From NCBI GenBank assembly GCA_964016885.1, contig OZ024745.1:41540001-41604000 (forward strand): a DNA stretch of 64,000 nucleotides, read 5' to 3'. The notes beneath the pieces were generated by a model. It saw nothing but the letters and a program-made list of their open reading frames with translations, was not told the origin of the DNA and ran no database searches. Of this stretch, positions 12,051 through 28,029 are shown in pieces (the stretch's first letter is position 1; the number at the start of each line of letters is the position of its first letter). Source of the stretch: Eledone cirrhosa (lineage: Eukaryota). A program made the translations under genes and the position numbers.

Positions 12051-13244
12051 CTCTCACCCTCTAACCTATTTCTCTCTTCCTCCCTCTCCCTCTCTATCTA
12101 TTATCTTTCTCTGTCTCTCTGCCTCTCTGTCTCTCTCTCTGTCTCTCCTCTATCTCTATCTCTCTCCCCCTCTCTCTCTCAACAGTCTCGGAGCTCCTGA
12201 AAAGAAAATAAAGGTTCATGGGTGCTTCACTTATTCCTGACTAAATAATGAAAGAATCCGTCGCTAAAATATCCACTGTGGTATTCGTCTTTTAAAATTG
12301 TACAGTGGAATTTAAATAGGGTTTAGATTTTCACAGGTCAAACGACCCTCAAAATGAAGGTTTTAACTTGAAGAATGTTACGCTGATAATACGGACTTTC
12401 TATAAAAAGGAACATTTAATTCACAACCTTTTAAGACCTCGAAACCAAAATCTAACTACATTAGATGCACATACCATTAGTTCTCCTCAGCCGTTGTCAA
12501 CATGCATGTCGATGTTTTGGAGACGGCATGACATAAGATTGTGTGGATGTTAGAACATTTTTTTTTAAAGTGTGATAATGATAAGGGTTAAAGTTTCCTC
12601 CCTTACATTAGGTGATGTGATTTCATGTGTAACTGAATATCGACAGTTTTACAATTTGTTTGTTTTCTTATTGAAAACAAAATGTTTTCGACCGCTTGTG
12701 TTTAAAATCGCGTAAAGTCTATGTTTACTATTCTGACTCAGGGCGAGTTTGTGGTTAGTAAACTACTTCTCATTACATAAAAACTTTATATAGTCTACCT
12801 TACACATCAGATGTAGTTCCTTTACTCACAGCACACATAACATATCTCACTTTCTTTCACTTGTAATCTATCGTCTCCTCTAATAGTGACGTCTACATCA
12901 CGGGATCTCTTCAAATTCTTTGAAACACGTCTAACCTCTGTCATCTTTTACTTCAGCCAAAGAAACGACCAATTGTCCTCTAACGCTTTTACATTTACTA
13001 AACCATTGTTAGTTCTCCAAGACGTTTACTTCTTTGACAACAAAGATCCCATCAAGATGGCATTGAGTATGTTTGAATTCGAAGATGAAAACAATATCTG
13101 AAAGCGACTTTAACATTCCACTTGGAATTCTACAAACATTGGCACCAGTTCGGGAGGCGACAGTTCCATCACAACTACTTTCAAGCTGAAAATCACAGTT
13201 CTTTTTTTCTCTCGTAAACCTTTCTTTACTTTATCTATCTGTAT

Positions 13245-14945
<1,701 letters not shown>

Positions 14946-15759
14946 CTAACTCTTTTACTTTATTCTGACAGATGTTTGATCCGTCATCAAAGAACATCCA
15001 CAATGATACAAAGATAAGCCCAAGGCGGCCGCTTCTTTAAACAACATTGGTTTTCTCGACCTATTATAACTGTGTGTGTTTGAGTGAATAAATCTATAAT
15101 GTGTGTGAGTCGGGGGGGGGGGGCTTATTGGTTTGCCGAACAAGGCTAACGATCCGAAGGTTTGAGTTTGATAATATGTGTATGTGTATGTATACATACA
15201 GACGCATACCTACACATGTGTACTTTAGTGTTTAGTTTTGAAAAAGAGAGAAATAGAACTCAATACCTAAATGAGTGAGTTAATATTTTTCGAAGGTCTT
15301 TTTGTGACTCAAAGGTATAAGCTTTCGTGCCTATGCGCTTAACATCGGTAGAACACTGTAGGCCCATATGCGTATGTGTATGCATGTGTGTGTGTATATG
15401 TGTATGTGTGTGTGTGCGTGTGTGCGTGTGTGTATGTGTGTTTAGATTATCATAAATTTAGATAATATACAAGCTGAATGTGATAGAAGAAAAATGTGAC
15501 TCTGTTGACTGCCATGTGATATGATTGCAGTAATATTGTATTTTAGTCCAGTAACGCATCATATACTCTAAATTTGATGTAAATATCTTTCGAGTTGTTT
15601 TTACATAGTAATTCTATGTAGTTATCCGACATGCATCAGGAGTGTGATTCATTTTGCACAGACTGTACCGTCACACAAATTTTATCATTTAGCTTCTATA
15701 TAAATGTATCTTGAAGTTTATATACTTGCGTTGTTGTTGTTGTTGTTTTTTCGCGTTTT

Positions 15760-16470
15760 TTTTTTTCTTTAGTTGTTTGCTGTAAGGAATTTGCTGGTTT
15801 CTATCAAAGAAACAAGACCCCATCTTTGTAATTTGGATAACAAAAATGTTGAGTTTCATATTTGAACATTAAAATAGGTCTTGTATATCTTTACTGATGC
15901 TTTGACATGTTAGCTCATCAATTTTTTTACCTTGAAAATCCTAGCTCTTGCAGAGTATCACGTAAGCATTATCTAGCGAACTGCACCAATAATCATCAGT
16001 TTAAATGTGAATATATAACGTGAGTAGTGAAGCTAAAGGTTTTGAAGCATCTGTCCATAATTATTCTTTTTCTCCTTACTTTTGAGAGGAATGTTCATAT
16101 TGACAAGACAACTGACCTTTCTAAGAGCACATAATTTTTCTTTTCTGTCTCAAACAACTATATCAAGCCTATTATGTTTACATTTTTTATGGTAATGTTC
16201 CACTGTCATTCCTTGTGTTGATAAGTATGCATGTATTCAATAGGAGATATATTTTCTATATTTATCATATGACAGTCTTTCCTACTGATGGCATATAATG
16301 TTTAGTAATATCATGCCACATTTTAATTAGCTTCTGATCCCGTGTGACATCTTCCTCAGAAACGTGACGTAATCGACATTTTCGGTTGCATCTTGTGACT
16401 TTAAGAGCTTCCTTGCCTCGATTGTTCATCGGACATTTTGCAACTATCTCTTACTCTTGGGTTGTGATAT
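15760..16470 (-). mobile_element. Degenerate R4/Dong-like RLE LINE 3' fragment
   Basis: My minus-strand translation gives TRCNRKCRLRHVSEEDVT, KCKHNRLDIVV*DRKEKLC...KEKKNNYGQML and SVKIYKT, collinear with the C-terminus of the 52270-54430 element. Confidence 0.75.
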
Positions 16471-16588
16471 AACGGGGACTTCATGTCAATGTTAGTGTAA
16501 AACCGAACAAAATAAAATATATGAAAAAGGACAAGTTGTTTGTGAAAAAAGTATATATATATGTGTGTGTGTGCGTGTGTGTGTGTGT

Positions 16589-16673
<85 letters not shown>

Positions 16674-16999
16674 CGTGTGTGAAAGTGTATATATATATAT
16701 ATATATATATATATGGCCTCAGTCAAGCGGAATAACATTTCTAATATATTTGCAACATACTTCATTCTCGTCTCGCATACTTGTGCCCATAAACGCGCAT
16801 GCGTACATGTTCACACAATACGTTTGCACACGTGTTCTCGAACATACAAATATGCACAGATGTTTATGTTTATATTGCATACCCCTACTCTAAAATTTGA
16901 TAACAACATTGGGGTTTCTATCATTAAAACACCGAGGAAATTTCCTGTGAGATGAATCCTCGCGTGGTACTCACGAAAGATACGCAAGCGGGAGTCTTA

Positions 17000-17800
17000 A
17001 CAATAACTACAATTGTAAAAGAATTTCTATGGATGTGGGGGTTCTGAACTTTCTTTTCTACTTGACATGTCTGGAGGCAGTGACTATGGCCTGTTTATGC
17101 CCTCTGAAACCTGGAAGATCGCTTCCGCTAATGTTCTCGTTAAGCTAGTGCAAGTCCTTTCCTTTTAGAAACACGCGAGCAAGTCAGGAATACTGGAGGG
17201 TGTCAGTGAGTCACTTTAAACCATTTACTCGAGTAACGACGCCAGTTGTGTAAGCAGTATTCCACTGTTGACCACAAATGAGCCTTGCAGACAGCCATTA
17301 ATTGTAGAAGGTTGACGTACTTGTGGCGCGAAATAAGAGAGTCAGTATTTGAGATGCAGAGCTATCTGAGGAGGTAGTTTCACTATGATTTCAATATGAG
17401 CAACAGCAGTGCCTTTGGAGATGTAATAATAATAACCTGAGTCTCGTAGAAGGTCATTAATTGCTGAAGGTCGAAGTATGTTCTAGCCCTGAAGAGAAGA
17501 GGCAGTCATTGTGATGCGATATATCCACGCTACGAAAGATTCTCAGTGATTCTGAAGCCTAGATGTAAGTAAACCTCTGAAGATAATTAATTGTAGCAAG
17601 GTATTGGAATGTAAAAGATGACAGATATTGTTGTGTCCAATGAAGAGAGACAGTCTGTGATTTTCCACTTCACTGACAAGCGACTGTCGATTGTTATCGA
17701 TCAAGCATAACCAGATAATTACATAATTACAGCTATGTCTTGAGCTATCTCACCTTGTTTGGCTGACATCGTACTTTATATACGTAAGGTAATAATCGAT
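17000..17800 (-). mobile_element. Highly degenerate LINE (RTE-like) RT C-terminal relic
   Basis: Fragmentary similarity to the YLG...EVENRI and LR-I...W...I-N regions, with no intact ORF. Confidence 0.3.
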
Positions 17801-18974
17801 TTTGGTCATTGTCTTCTAGTCATCATCATCACTCATATTTTACTTCACACTTTAATATCGGTATATCTATATATTTAATATCCGTGTATCTATATATTTA
17901 AGAATAGTACATCTATACAGATGCACACATACACACAAATATATATATATATCTATACATACCTTTGTTATGTATATGCGTATTTCAGTATATGAGTGAG
18001 TGTGTATGTGTGAGTAAGTAATCAACATAGCATACCTATGTATATATGTGGATAGGAAAAGCTATAAATATAGGCACACATATATACGTAATAAGTTGTA
18101 TCTGTATGTGTGTGGTATAGCGTGTGTATGGGTTAGTGTATATGTGTGTGTGGAGCACAACATCAATGTATTTTGATAGATTAGTGCTAGGATAAGTTTC
18201 AAGACTATTATAGTTTTGTGTTTAGATATCAAACAACAGTTATGTAGTGAATTTTAGAAAGTTTTATTTCTATTGTAAACTTTCATTGTACAGCGGAGCT
18301 CAGTTCCATGCGCTGTGAGTACACGGCACAGTGTTATATTACGGTCTTGTATGTCCCTGTTGAAAGACACGACGTATTCATTAGAACATTTAATGGAATG
18401 TTTTGTGACGTTTGTTCCAACTCCCTTTTTTTTGTGTGTTCAGTGGGTTCCAAACTCGTCGATATCAAGTTAGCCTCTCATCCTTTCGAGATCACACACT
18501 GTGACACGCTGTGGTTACACGTATCTAATAGAATCCTTTGCGGTATATATTTCAGCTCTCAGCTCTCTGAGTTGAAATCCCGCAAAGATCAACTTTGCAT
18601 TTCCTCCATATAGGGTCGATGAAAAAGTACCAGTGAAGTACTGCGATTCATTCTCATTTCCATTCTCTGCCCCTCTATCTTTCTCTGGAAGAAATCTGCT
18701 GTATTCAGACGGGTAGAGAAAGTAGGCTTAAAGACGCCCTAGAAACGCCGTATGTCAATACGGTGCCTCTGTGACTACCCCCGATTTAGAAATGCCATAG
18801 GAAACGCTGTATGTCAGTATGACCCTTGGGGGTCATTGGACCGGGAATGCATCAGTAAAATACTCAGCCACTTGTACGTTAATTTCATGAGCTGGCACTT
18901 CTATTGTTCGAACCACTGAAACCAATGAGGTCCATCATACACACACACCCACACACGCACGCACACGCACACGC

Positions 18975-19019
<45 letters not shown>

Positions 19020-19055
19020 TACATACATAATACATACATACATAAATACATACAT

Positions 19056-19630
19056 GGTGGCTGCCAATTCGTTTTCGAGTACGGCCACTACTTTATATCC
19101 ATGTAGGAGAACCCCTACTGATGCGCTGAGCGAGTGTGACTTTTTAGTCCAGCCAGCGACTTGAAAACTCTGGTACAAACACTACACTTGTGACAATTAT
19201 TGACACATAGTGGTACCATGTGACGACAAGTGCAGAGAGATCTCCAGATATAAAGCAATGCCTGTGCCGTGAAGCTTTTATAGTGAGCAAAGGCACTGCA
19301 CAAAGCCAGTCCCACTCTCTTGACCAAGATAATATTTACCAAAAAGAAGAACAAGTCAACATCATTGGATACCATCAGGGTTGCAGGTGTTATATCAGAG
19401 TTTTCCTTCTCCTAGAATACTGCCTTGACAAAGGCTAAGGGGTCATCTCTCCCGGTGATTTTGGATGGCCATTGACTCTTAAGAAGTCCTTTGCCCTTTG
19501 ACAGGTTTTGTTTTAGTCCTGCAGGATGTCGAAAGGTTTCTTGGTGAGGAGGGCTCCTCACCAAGAAACCTTGGTGGGGTTGCCAGTTTAGTCGCCAACG
19601 ACCCGACCATGAGACAGGTTGTACTGAGAT
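19056..19630 (-). mobile_element. Short RTE-derived bipartite non-autonomous element, copy A
   Basis: The 5' part has the RTE-type UTR motif CTAGGAGAAGGAAAACTCTGA. The 3' part encodes a C2H2 finger (CSVCTRVFKSLAGLKSHTRSAHQ). (CATA)n lies on both sides. Confidence 0.7.
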
Positions 19631-19724
19631 ACATACATACATACATACATACATACATACATACATACATACATACATACATACATACATACATACATAC
19701 ATACATACATACATACATACATAC

Positions 19725-20340
19725 ATGATGATGGCTGCCTCCTCGTTATCGAGTATGGCTATTGCACGATATACCATTATTAATAATTATCAATTAATTC
19801 TATCGTGCAATGCATGTGCGTGAAGATATTTTTTAAAGTGAGGAAAAACTGTGCACTGAGCCAAACCCACTCTCTGAGCGACAGTAGCTATAACCCGAAA
19901 AGAAGAAAAGATCAATATCATCGGTAACTACTGAGCCGCAGGTTTTATATCGGAGTTATCCCAGTTTCCTGAGTTGCCCTCTCCTAGAAGAATGCCTTGA
20001 CAAAGGCTAGGGGTCCTTCACTCCCAGTGGTTTAACCGCGCGATCGGGTGTCTAGCCCGACTATTTCTATGTCCCCGCGCATATACATACATATGCACCC
20101 ATGTATATACACATATACATACATATGTACCTGTGTATATACATATTTACACACTTTTGGATGACCATTGACTCTTATGAGTTCTTCCGTCCTTTGTCAG
20201 GTTTTGTTTTTTATCCTGCAGGGTGTACAAAATCACCAAGTAAACTTGGTGGGGTTGCCGGTTTAGTCGTCGACGACCCGACCATGCGACAGGTTTTACT
20301 GGGTTACATGTTACCAGTATCACTCAAAAGTGACCCGACA
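19725..20340 (-). mobile_element. RTE-derived non-autonomous element, copy B
   Basis: Shares both ends with copy A and is closely similar to 51761-52220. Flanked by (CATA)n. Confidence 0.7.
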
Positions 20341-20419
20341 AACATACATACATACATACATACATACATACATACATACAAACATACATACATACATACA
20401 TACATACATACAAACATAC

Positions 20420-20465
<46 letters not shown>

Positions 20466-22249
20466 TCACACGCGCACACACACATGTATACTTGTATGTC
20501 TTCGGATTTTCAAGATAATAAAACAGCGTTTTGGAAAAATCATGAGAACATCGATTTCTATTGTGTATTTTTATATACCTTATTTATTTATTTATTTATT
20601 CACTCATATTAGTATGTTGGCAGAATCGTTAAATTGTTGAACAAGATGGTCTGTGGTAGTTCTTCTAGCACATCTCGCAGAAGTCAACTTTGCATTTAAT
20701 CCTTCTGAGGTCGTTAGAATAAAGTACCAATCAAGTAATGGATTCGATTTAACCGACTGTTTCCCTCCTACAAAAGTGTTAGCATTGTGCCGAAATTAGA
20801 AACATTGTTATTGTATTATTGTTGTAATCATTGTTATTAATGTGTATTATAAACATTGCAATATCCCTAATAACTAACTCTTCAGACCTAAAACTAGTTC
20901 TGTCGTTACAAAGTTATCATCAATAAAACCACAGAAAGACAATTAGTTTAGTTGGAACGTTATCACGTTAATATTACTTTGAACATTGAATTACAAGAGG
21001 CTCCTGTCTGAAAAAGAGGTCAACAGATCTTGAAACGTCGTTACAGCAATAGACATATAGAAATTATTACGTTTATTTTCTCATGAATATGAAAGATATT
21101 CATTAGGAAATATACGAAATGTTATTCTTGGATGCTGATGTGATCTTTGATGGAAATTCTGTTATATTATTAAGTGTTGTTTTTTTTTTTGTGGTTGGTA
21201 TGATGATGGTAATGTTATTTGACTCGTTACACTTAAGTGTCACCATATGAGTGTGAGTGTCATTACTTCATATTTCCAGGTGAATAAACATTTCACAATG
21301 TACTTCATTTCAGGTTAATTTAAATCCTATGACCCTGGTTTCAATTATTGTCTGAGACATTTTGTGATCTCTAACATCGTTTATTCTTGTTGGAAAAAGA
21401 ACAATTGCAGTCAACAAAAGGAGGAGGAGGAGGGAGTGGAGGAGAAGAAGAAGAAGAAGAAGAAGAAGAAGAAGAAGAAGAAGAAGAAGAAGAAGAAGAA
21501 GAAGAAGAAGAACGACAACAACAACGACAACAACAACAACAACAACAATATCTTATTAAAGTAGATAGTTGCGTTAATAATTGTAAGTAGCTTGATTTTG
21601 ATGTTATCTACAAAACACAATGTTACCTTCCTTTTATTATGACAGTTTGGTGTGATTTGAGGGGAAATTTGGCTGCTACGTACTGTAGGCTAAGCTAGCA
21701 TAGCAAGGTTCCAACATCAGTTCATTAGTGTTTGTTTTATGTTGTCGTTTGTAACAGGAATAGTTGATTTTATAACGCTATTTATTGGTTCAGACACAAG
21801 AGAAGCCAATCTATCAACCAGCTCCTCGGGCATATAACATTATAATGTATGGCTACAAGGATAGAGACCGACCGAGAAAAACGGGGATAGATAACATCAA
21901 CGAAAGCGTGGCGTCATATGGCAACATGCCAAGATAGGCCTTCTAACTTGCTTTACAACAACAAAAGTTACCTCAGTAATACAACAAACATTACCATGAT
22001 AATAACATAACAGTAACAAACGTTACCTCAATAATACATGAACAATAATTACAACAGTTACCACAGCGATTACATAAGAGAGACAAACGTTATCACAGTA
22101 ATTACAAGTTACTCGAACTATACAGCAATAAATAAACTGAATCAACTCGTAATTACATGAAACATTAAAACAGCTTACAAATATCTGTTTAATGAAACAG
22201 ATTTAAAATAGCAGAGAGAGAGAAGTATAATTATAAATGATTGATAACA

Positions 22250-23550
22250 AACCGTAGACAAACAACAATAGCTTCTTTTTAAACTCTACAAAATATCAAA
22301 ATATCAAAAGCAAATTGAAATATTTAATAATGCATGAATACACGGAATAGACAATCAAATTTGGTATTTTTTAATGAAAAAGAGACAATGATACGTTGAA
22401 ATGTTACTGATGAAGAAAAGTATATCTGCAAAGGTGATATTCAGACATAACTGGAATATTACAAACATCTCTGAACTATGTAATTTATACAGCAGCAGAA
22501 AATAAAAAAAATTAAAATATTTGTAAACTAATGTAATATGCGAACGAAGATGAAGATAAACAGCATAGTTTCAATGGAAGAATAGGGTACGAATATAAAT
22601 ATACAAGGGGATGAAAGGTATCTGTAGTAATTGAAATACAAAATTATAATGTTTCGTAACACTAATGAGAAAATAGAATACTAGAAAATCTGAATTTCAC
22701 ACAAAAACAAAATTCATGTGAACTATAGTTATGCCAAATCAACAAACGAATGTTGAAAACTATTGAATTAGAAGATATGGAGAAAACACAGACAAAATGT
22801 AGACAAATTATATGTTTAGAGATAATAGAATGAAAATCTACTGAAAGTAAATGACAAATAGCTTATTTAAACTGTAGTTTGTATATACTATTTCTTTTAG
22901 ATTTGTTCTTAATTACTTATAAGACGTATATGAAAAGAAAACATTAAGAAACTGAACTGAATGGGGTAAATTAATCAGTAAAAGACGTTGAACAAAGAAC
23001 ATTAGGTCAAGAGGATTAAGATTTAATCTAGAAGAATCTACGCATTGAAAAACGAAACAAATTGTTTATAGCTCTCGTAGCTTAAATAGATTTTAATTTT
23101 TGACAGGCTTCCATACTGAATAGAGATAATGAGTTGATGAATTTCTGTCAGCCTTGTTGAGAAAATAGAAGGCAGTATTACACTTAAGTCACCTCATTTT
23201 AAAATTGTGATATATCAATAGGATTCACTTCTAAATTTGACTGGTTCATTCTAATTCGATAAAACACATTGTCAAAAGAAGTAGAGATATAATGAGAAAT
23301 ACTTTATAAACTATTTTAGTCCATTATGTATTTGTGGATAATATCAAACCCTTAGAATTATCAGTTTACGAACTGAAAACTCTATTATCGCCATTAATAG
23401 CTTTTAGGTGGAGAATTCTTTACATAAATATGAAGCATTAGAGATGTCAATGATGAATACTTTTCTCAATGTCATTATCAAAATAAAGGTGGCGGTGTGA
23501 TTTGAAACCAAAAAGATGCAATATGCCGGAATATATTTCACTTTACCTTC
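22250..23550 (+). mobile_element. Possible very degenerate hAT-like transposase relic
   Basis: A-rich, coding-like sequence with weak resemblance (RIYALKNE...IFDRL...LVEKIEG) to Charlie/Buster transposases; many stops. Confidence 0.25.
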
Positions 23551-23589
23551 TAAGTTGAAATCCCATTAGAGCCGAATTTGATTTTCAAC

Positions 23590-24060
23590 CCACAATATGA
23601 GACACAAACTCGATTCACAGCTTCGAAATACTTGTAACAGAAATTCGTTTCTTTGTGACTGAAATTATACAGCTCTGCTATATATCTGTAACTGAAATTA
23701 TGTAGCTCTGCAATATGTGTCACAAACCTGTAATATGTATGTGTCATGAATTCCAGACTCCGTAAATTGATTTACACGGTCCGTAATGTGTTATGAATTC
23801 TATTCACAGTCCTGCAATAAGAATGTGTTATATATTCCATCCGTAGTCCTGCATTTTGAATGTCTTATCAACTTCATTCCGAGCCCTGCAATATGTGTGC
23901 GCAATAAATTCGATTCAAATCCCCGCAACATGTATGTATAGCAAATCCCATTCGCAGACCTGCAATATGTGTGTCATAAATTTGATTCACCGTCCTGCAA
24001 TATGTATGTGTCACAAATTCACTTCAGTGTCCTGTCATATGTATATTTCATAAATTCCTT
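23590..24060. repeat. Old degenerate ~35-40-bp tandem repeat
   Basis: Recurring CCTGCAATATGT(A/G)TGTCA(C/T)AAATTC-like motif. Confidence 0.7.
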
Positions 24061-25469
24061 TCTTTATGAGTGTGAGTTGAATCATACGGCCCCCATGTCA
24101 CATATGATTAAATGTCACATGTCTTTATCATTACAAAGATTCTTACAAACAACTAAATGTTATTGACGAGATCAAGTCACTTCTTATTCACATCTTAACA
24201 ATACCACTTCACAACTTCTTTGCAACGGTTTTTTTTTCTTTTACGTCTTTTCTATTAAATTGTTCCTGTTTTTTTCTTCCACTCCTTTCTTTGTTATGTG
24301 CTTCGTTTATTTATTTTTGGAGGCTTTTTGGTTTGTTTGTTTTTTTAATATTTTATTCGTTAAGACGTTAAGCGACTTCCTGATATCCTAACTGCTTAAA
24401 GCGAAACTGACTTGGAAATCTAAAATAAAGAAAAAACATTATATGTTTGTGTGCGTATGTGTATGCATAAAAGTATACATATATATATATATGTGTGTGT
24501 GTGTGTGTCTGTGTCTGCGTATATATAAGAGAGTGTATTTGTAAGTCAAGTGAAGAACGGGGTAGAACAAATAAACAATTCCGACGGGAAAAACATAATT
24601 TCGATATTCAGCCATCCATTCTGGGTCAACGTTCGACAGTAATGCTTATAACTGGCATGATATGCAGAAATCTACTGCAGTGATCATTCGATGTAGAAAA
24701 ATAAGAGACATTACGAGCTGGCAGCGACTAGGCAAAATGGACTGGTCCCTGCTTAAAAAGTGAGAATACGAACAAGATAAAATAGATATAGACCAACCAC
24801 TGATGAATTATCGATAGATAACAGGATTGCAAATAAAAACACAAAAAGATATAAGAATTGTTAGATTAACTAATCGAAGCAGACTAGGTCGTTAAACCAA
24901 ACGACACAAAGACAAGACACAGACAAACGCTGTAAGAAGGAAACTGGCTTTTGTAATTAGATAGGAAAATACGTATTGCACATTGGATAGACATATGCGA
25001 AAAGACTCGGAAATGTAAGGAGGAGAAGTGCAAAAGAAGGGGAAGTAATGAGGACAACCGGGAGTGTAGAAGAATGAAAGAATGGAATGCGAGTGAGATA
25101 GAATTGTCGCAGTTGAAAAGTCAAAACAAGGGTTTATTGTAAATACATGTTTGTGTGTATAAATGTGTTTATGTGTATAGCAGCTTTTCTTTCCAATAAG
25201 AATTTGTTTGTATTTCATTATTAGTTCTTTCAGATTAGTCTGGAAGAATAGCATTACTAAATCCCTGTATGTATTAACGTTTCGAGGTCGTTTCATATTG
25301 ATCATGTACTTAGTTTCTTGATTCTGAACATGTGGCAATGAAGGCCCCAAAACCTTAATATACTAGTCGATTTAAGAACGCTATTGTTTCAAACAAAGGG
25401 GAAAATCCTTAATGGAGATGCGCAAACATTTTCAATATATGTATATCTGGGGGGGGGGGTATGTATGTG

Positions 25470-25505
<36 letters not shown>

Positions 25506-25954
25506 GCGGGCATTCTCTGTAACTAAAGCATTAATTACACGCTCAAGTATATGTGTGAATGTGTGTGTCTGTATGTGGCCATCCGCCCATTACATTCACT
25601 ATATATTATAAGCAAAAACTTGCTAAATCTGTCATCGTGTCTTTTGTAATAATGTAATAATGTGTGTATGTACATGTGTCTAAATATATATATATATATA
25701 TATATACTTTCACATATTTGTAAAATAAATTCGATGTCTGAAATATTTCTGGTTCGAAGACCACAAATCAAGGAAATTTTCTCGAAATAGCTATAAATAT
25801 TAATGTATACTGAACTCCATATTTCACCAACTTGTACACCTGCTTCAATGGTAATCCTTCAACCACTTAATACTTGACATTAATGAGGTTTCTTCTACTA
25901 ATGTGTAACATAGCAAAATATCTCATCTTGATTGCATACTGCATATATGTGTGA

Positions 25955-26020
<66 letters not shown>

Positions 26021-26057
26021 GTGTATTTATATATATATATACATAAATACACACACG

Positions 26058-26167
<110 letters not shown>

Positions 26168-26787
26168 GTGAATTAAGAGTCCTATTTTACTGGATTCAGT
26201 TATTGTACTGCAGCCATATTGGAGTACCGCCTTAAATGTCTTAATCGATTACATCGACGCCAGCACTTACTCAGTCAGGCTATTAGACTATCGATTTCTA
26301 TTTATCGAGTGGGTATTTTGTTGTTGTTGTTTTTCACCTAAAGTGATACAATTTCATGTACTGTTTTCCATAAACACAGAAACTCACAAACGAGTGCTCG
26401 CATACATGCATACATAAACATTCACACATGCATACATAAACACACACACGCACACGCATACATAGACTCACACATTCTCTCCCACACACACACATAATGG
26501 TCTTTGGTGTCAGGTGTACAATTGGTTAGTTTTATAATGCGTTGGTGTATCTCAAGCAACATATTTGTATGTATCGTGGGTTGTTTAGTAGTTGTTGTTG
26601 TTTTTTTCTGTAGTGCTTGCTGTTCAACACAGGGTAAAAAGAGTAAGCTATAGGGAGTTGAGAGGAAAAAGTTAGAATATGATAAAATACAATAAATGAG
26701 ATAAAACTTGTTTAAAGAAGGTATATATTTTGTGTCTTATTGTTCGATTATGTGAAGTTAAGGTGTGGAAGGATAAGTGTGTGTGAG

Positions 26788-28029
26788 TTAATGTTAGAAT
26801 TAAAATTAGGGTTAGGGTTAGGGTTAGGGTTAGGGTTAGAATTAAGATTAAGGTTAGAGTTATAATTATAATTAGGATTAGGGTTAGGATTAGAATTAGA
26901 ATTAGGATTAGGGTTAGAGTTAGAATTAGTGTTAGAATTAGGGTTAGGGTTAGAATTAAGATTAAGGTTAGAGTTATAATTATAATTAGGATTAGGGTTA
27001 GGATTAGAATTAGAATTAGGATTAGGGTTAGAGTTAGAATTAAGATTAAGGTTAGAGTTATAATTATAATTAGGATTAGGGTTAGAGTTAGAATTAGTGT
27101 TAGAATTAGGGTTAGAGTTAGAATTAAGATTAAGGTTAGAGTTATAATTATAATTAGGATTAGGGTTAGGGTTGGAATTAGAATTAAGATTAAGGTTAGA
27201 GTTATAATTATAATTAGGATTAGGGTTAGAATTAGGGTTAGAGTTATAATTAAGATTAAGGTTAGAGTTATAATTATAATTAGGATTAGGGTTAGGGTTG
27301 GAATTAGAATTAAGATTAAGGTTAGAGTTATAATTATAATTAGGATTAGGGTTAGGGTTGGAATTAGAATTAAGATTAAGGTTAGAGTTATAATTATAAT
27401 TAGGATTAGGGTTAGAATTAGGATTAAGGTTAGGGTTAGAATTAGAATTAGGATTAGGGTTAGAGTTAGAATTAGTGTTAGAATTAGGGTTAGAGTTAGA
27501 ATTAGTGTTAGAATTAGGGTTAGAGTTAGAATTAGTGTTAGAATTAGGGTTAGAGTTAGAATTAGTGTTAGAATTAGGGTTAGAGTTAGAATTAGTGTTA
27601 GAATTAGGGTTAGAGTTAGAATTAGTGTTAGGATTAAGGTTAGGGTTAGAATTAAAATTAAGATTAAGGTTAGAGTTATAATTATAATTAGGATTAGGGT
27701 TAGAATTAGAATTAGGATTAGGGTTAGAATTAGAATTAGGATTAGGGTTAGAATTAGGATTAAGGTTAGGGTTAGAATTAGAATTAGGATTAGGGTTAGA
27801 GTTAGAATTAGTGTTAGAATTAGAGTTAGAGTTAGAATTAGTGTTAGAATTAGGGTTAGAGTTAGAATTAGTGTTAGGATTAAGGTTAGGGTTAGAATTA
27901 AAATTAAGATTAGGGTTAGGGTTAGAATTAAGATTAGGGTTAGGGTTAGAATTAGAATTAGGATTAGGGTTAGAATTAGTGTTAGGATTAGGGTTAGAGT
28001 TATAATTAGGATTAGGATTAGTGTTAGTA
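26788..28029 (+). repeat. Interstitial telomere-like array of TTAGGG and variant hexamers
   Basis: About 205 in-phase hexamers (TTAGGG, TTAGAA, TTAGGA, TTAGAG, TTAAGA, TTAAGG, TTATAA, TTAGTG). Five perfect TTAGGG lie at 26806-26835. Confidence 0.92.

Noticed and set aside
11047-12240. Repetitive MSTLNFHSPSTHL ORFs, or a CRISPR-like array
   Set aside because: A tandem minisatellite with no unique spacers, and the frames shift with the 58-bp units.
19380-19630. HDV-like or twister ribozyme in the RTE-derived 5' region
   Set aside because: I could not assemble the required pseudoknots by eye, so it is left as a check.
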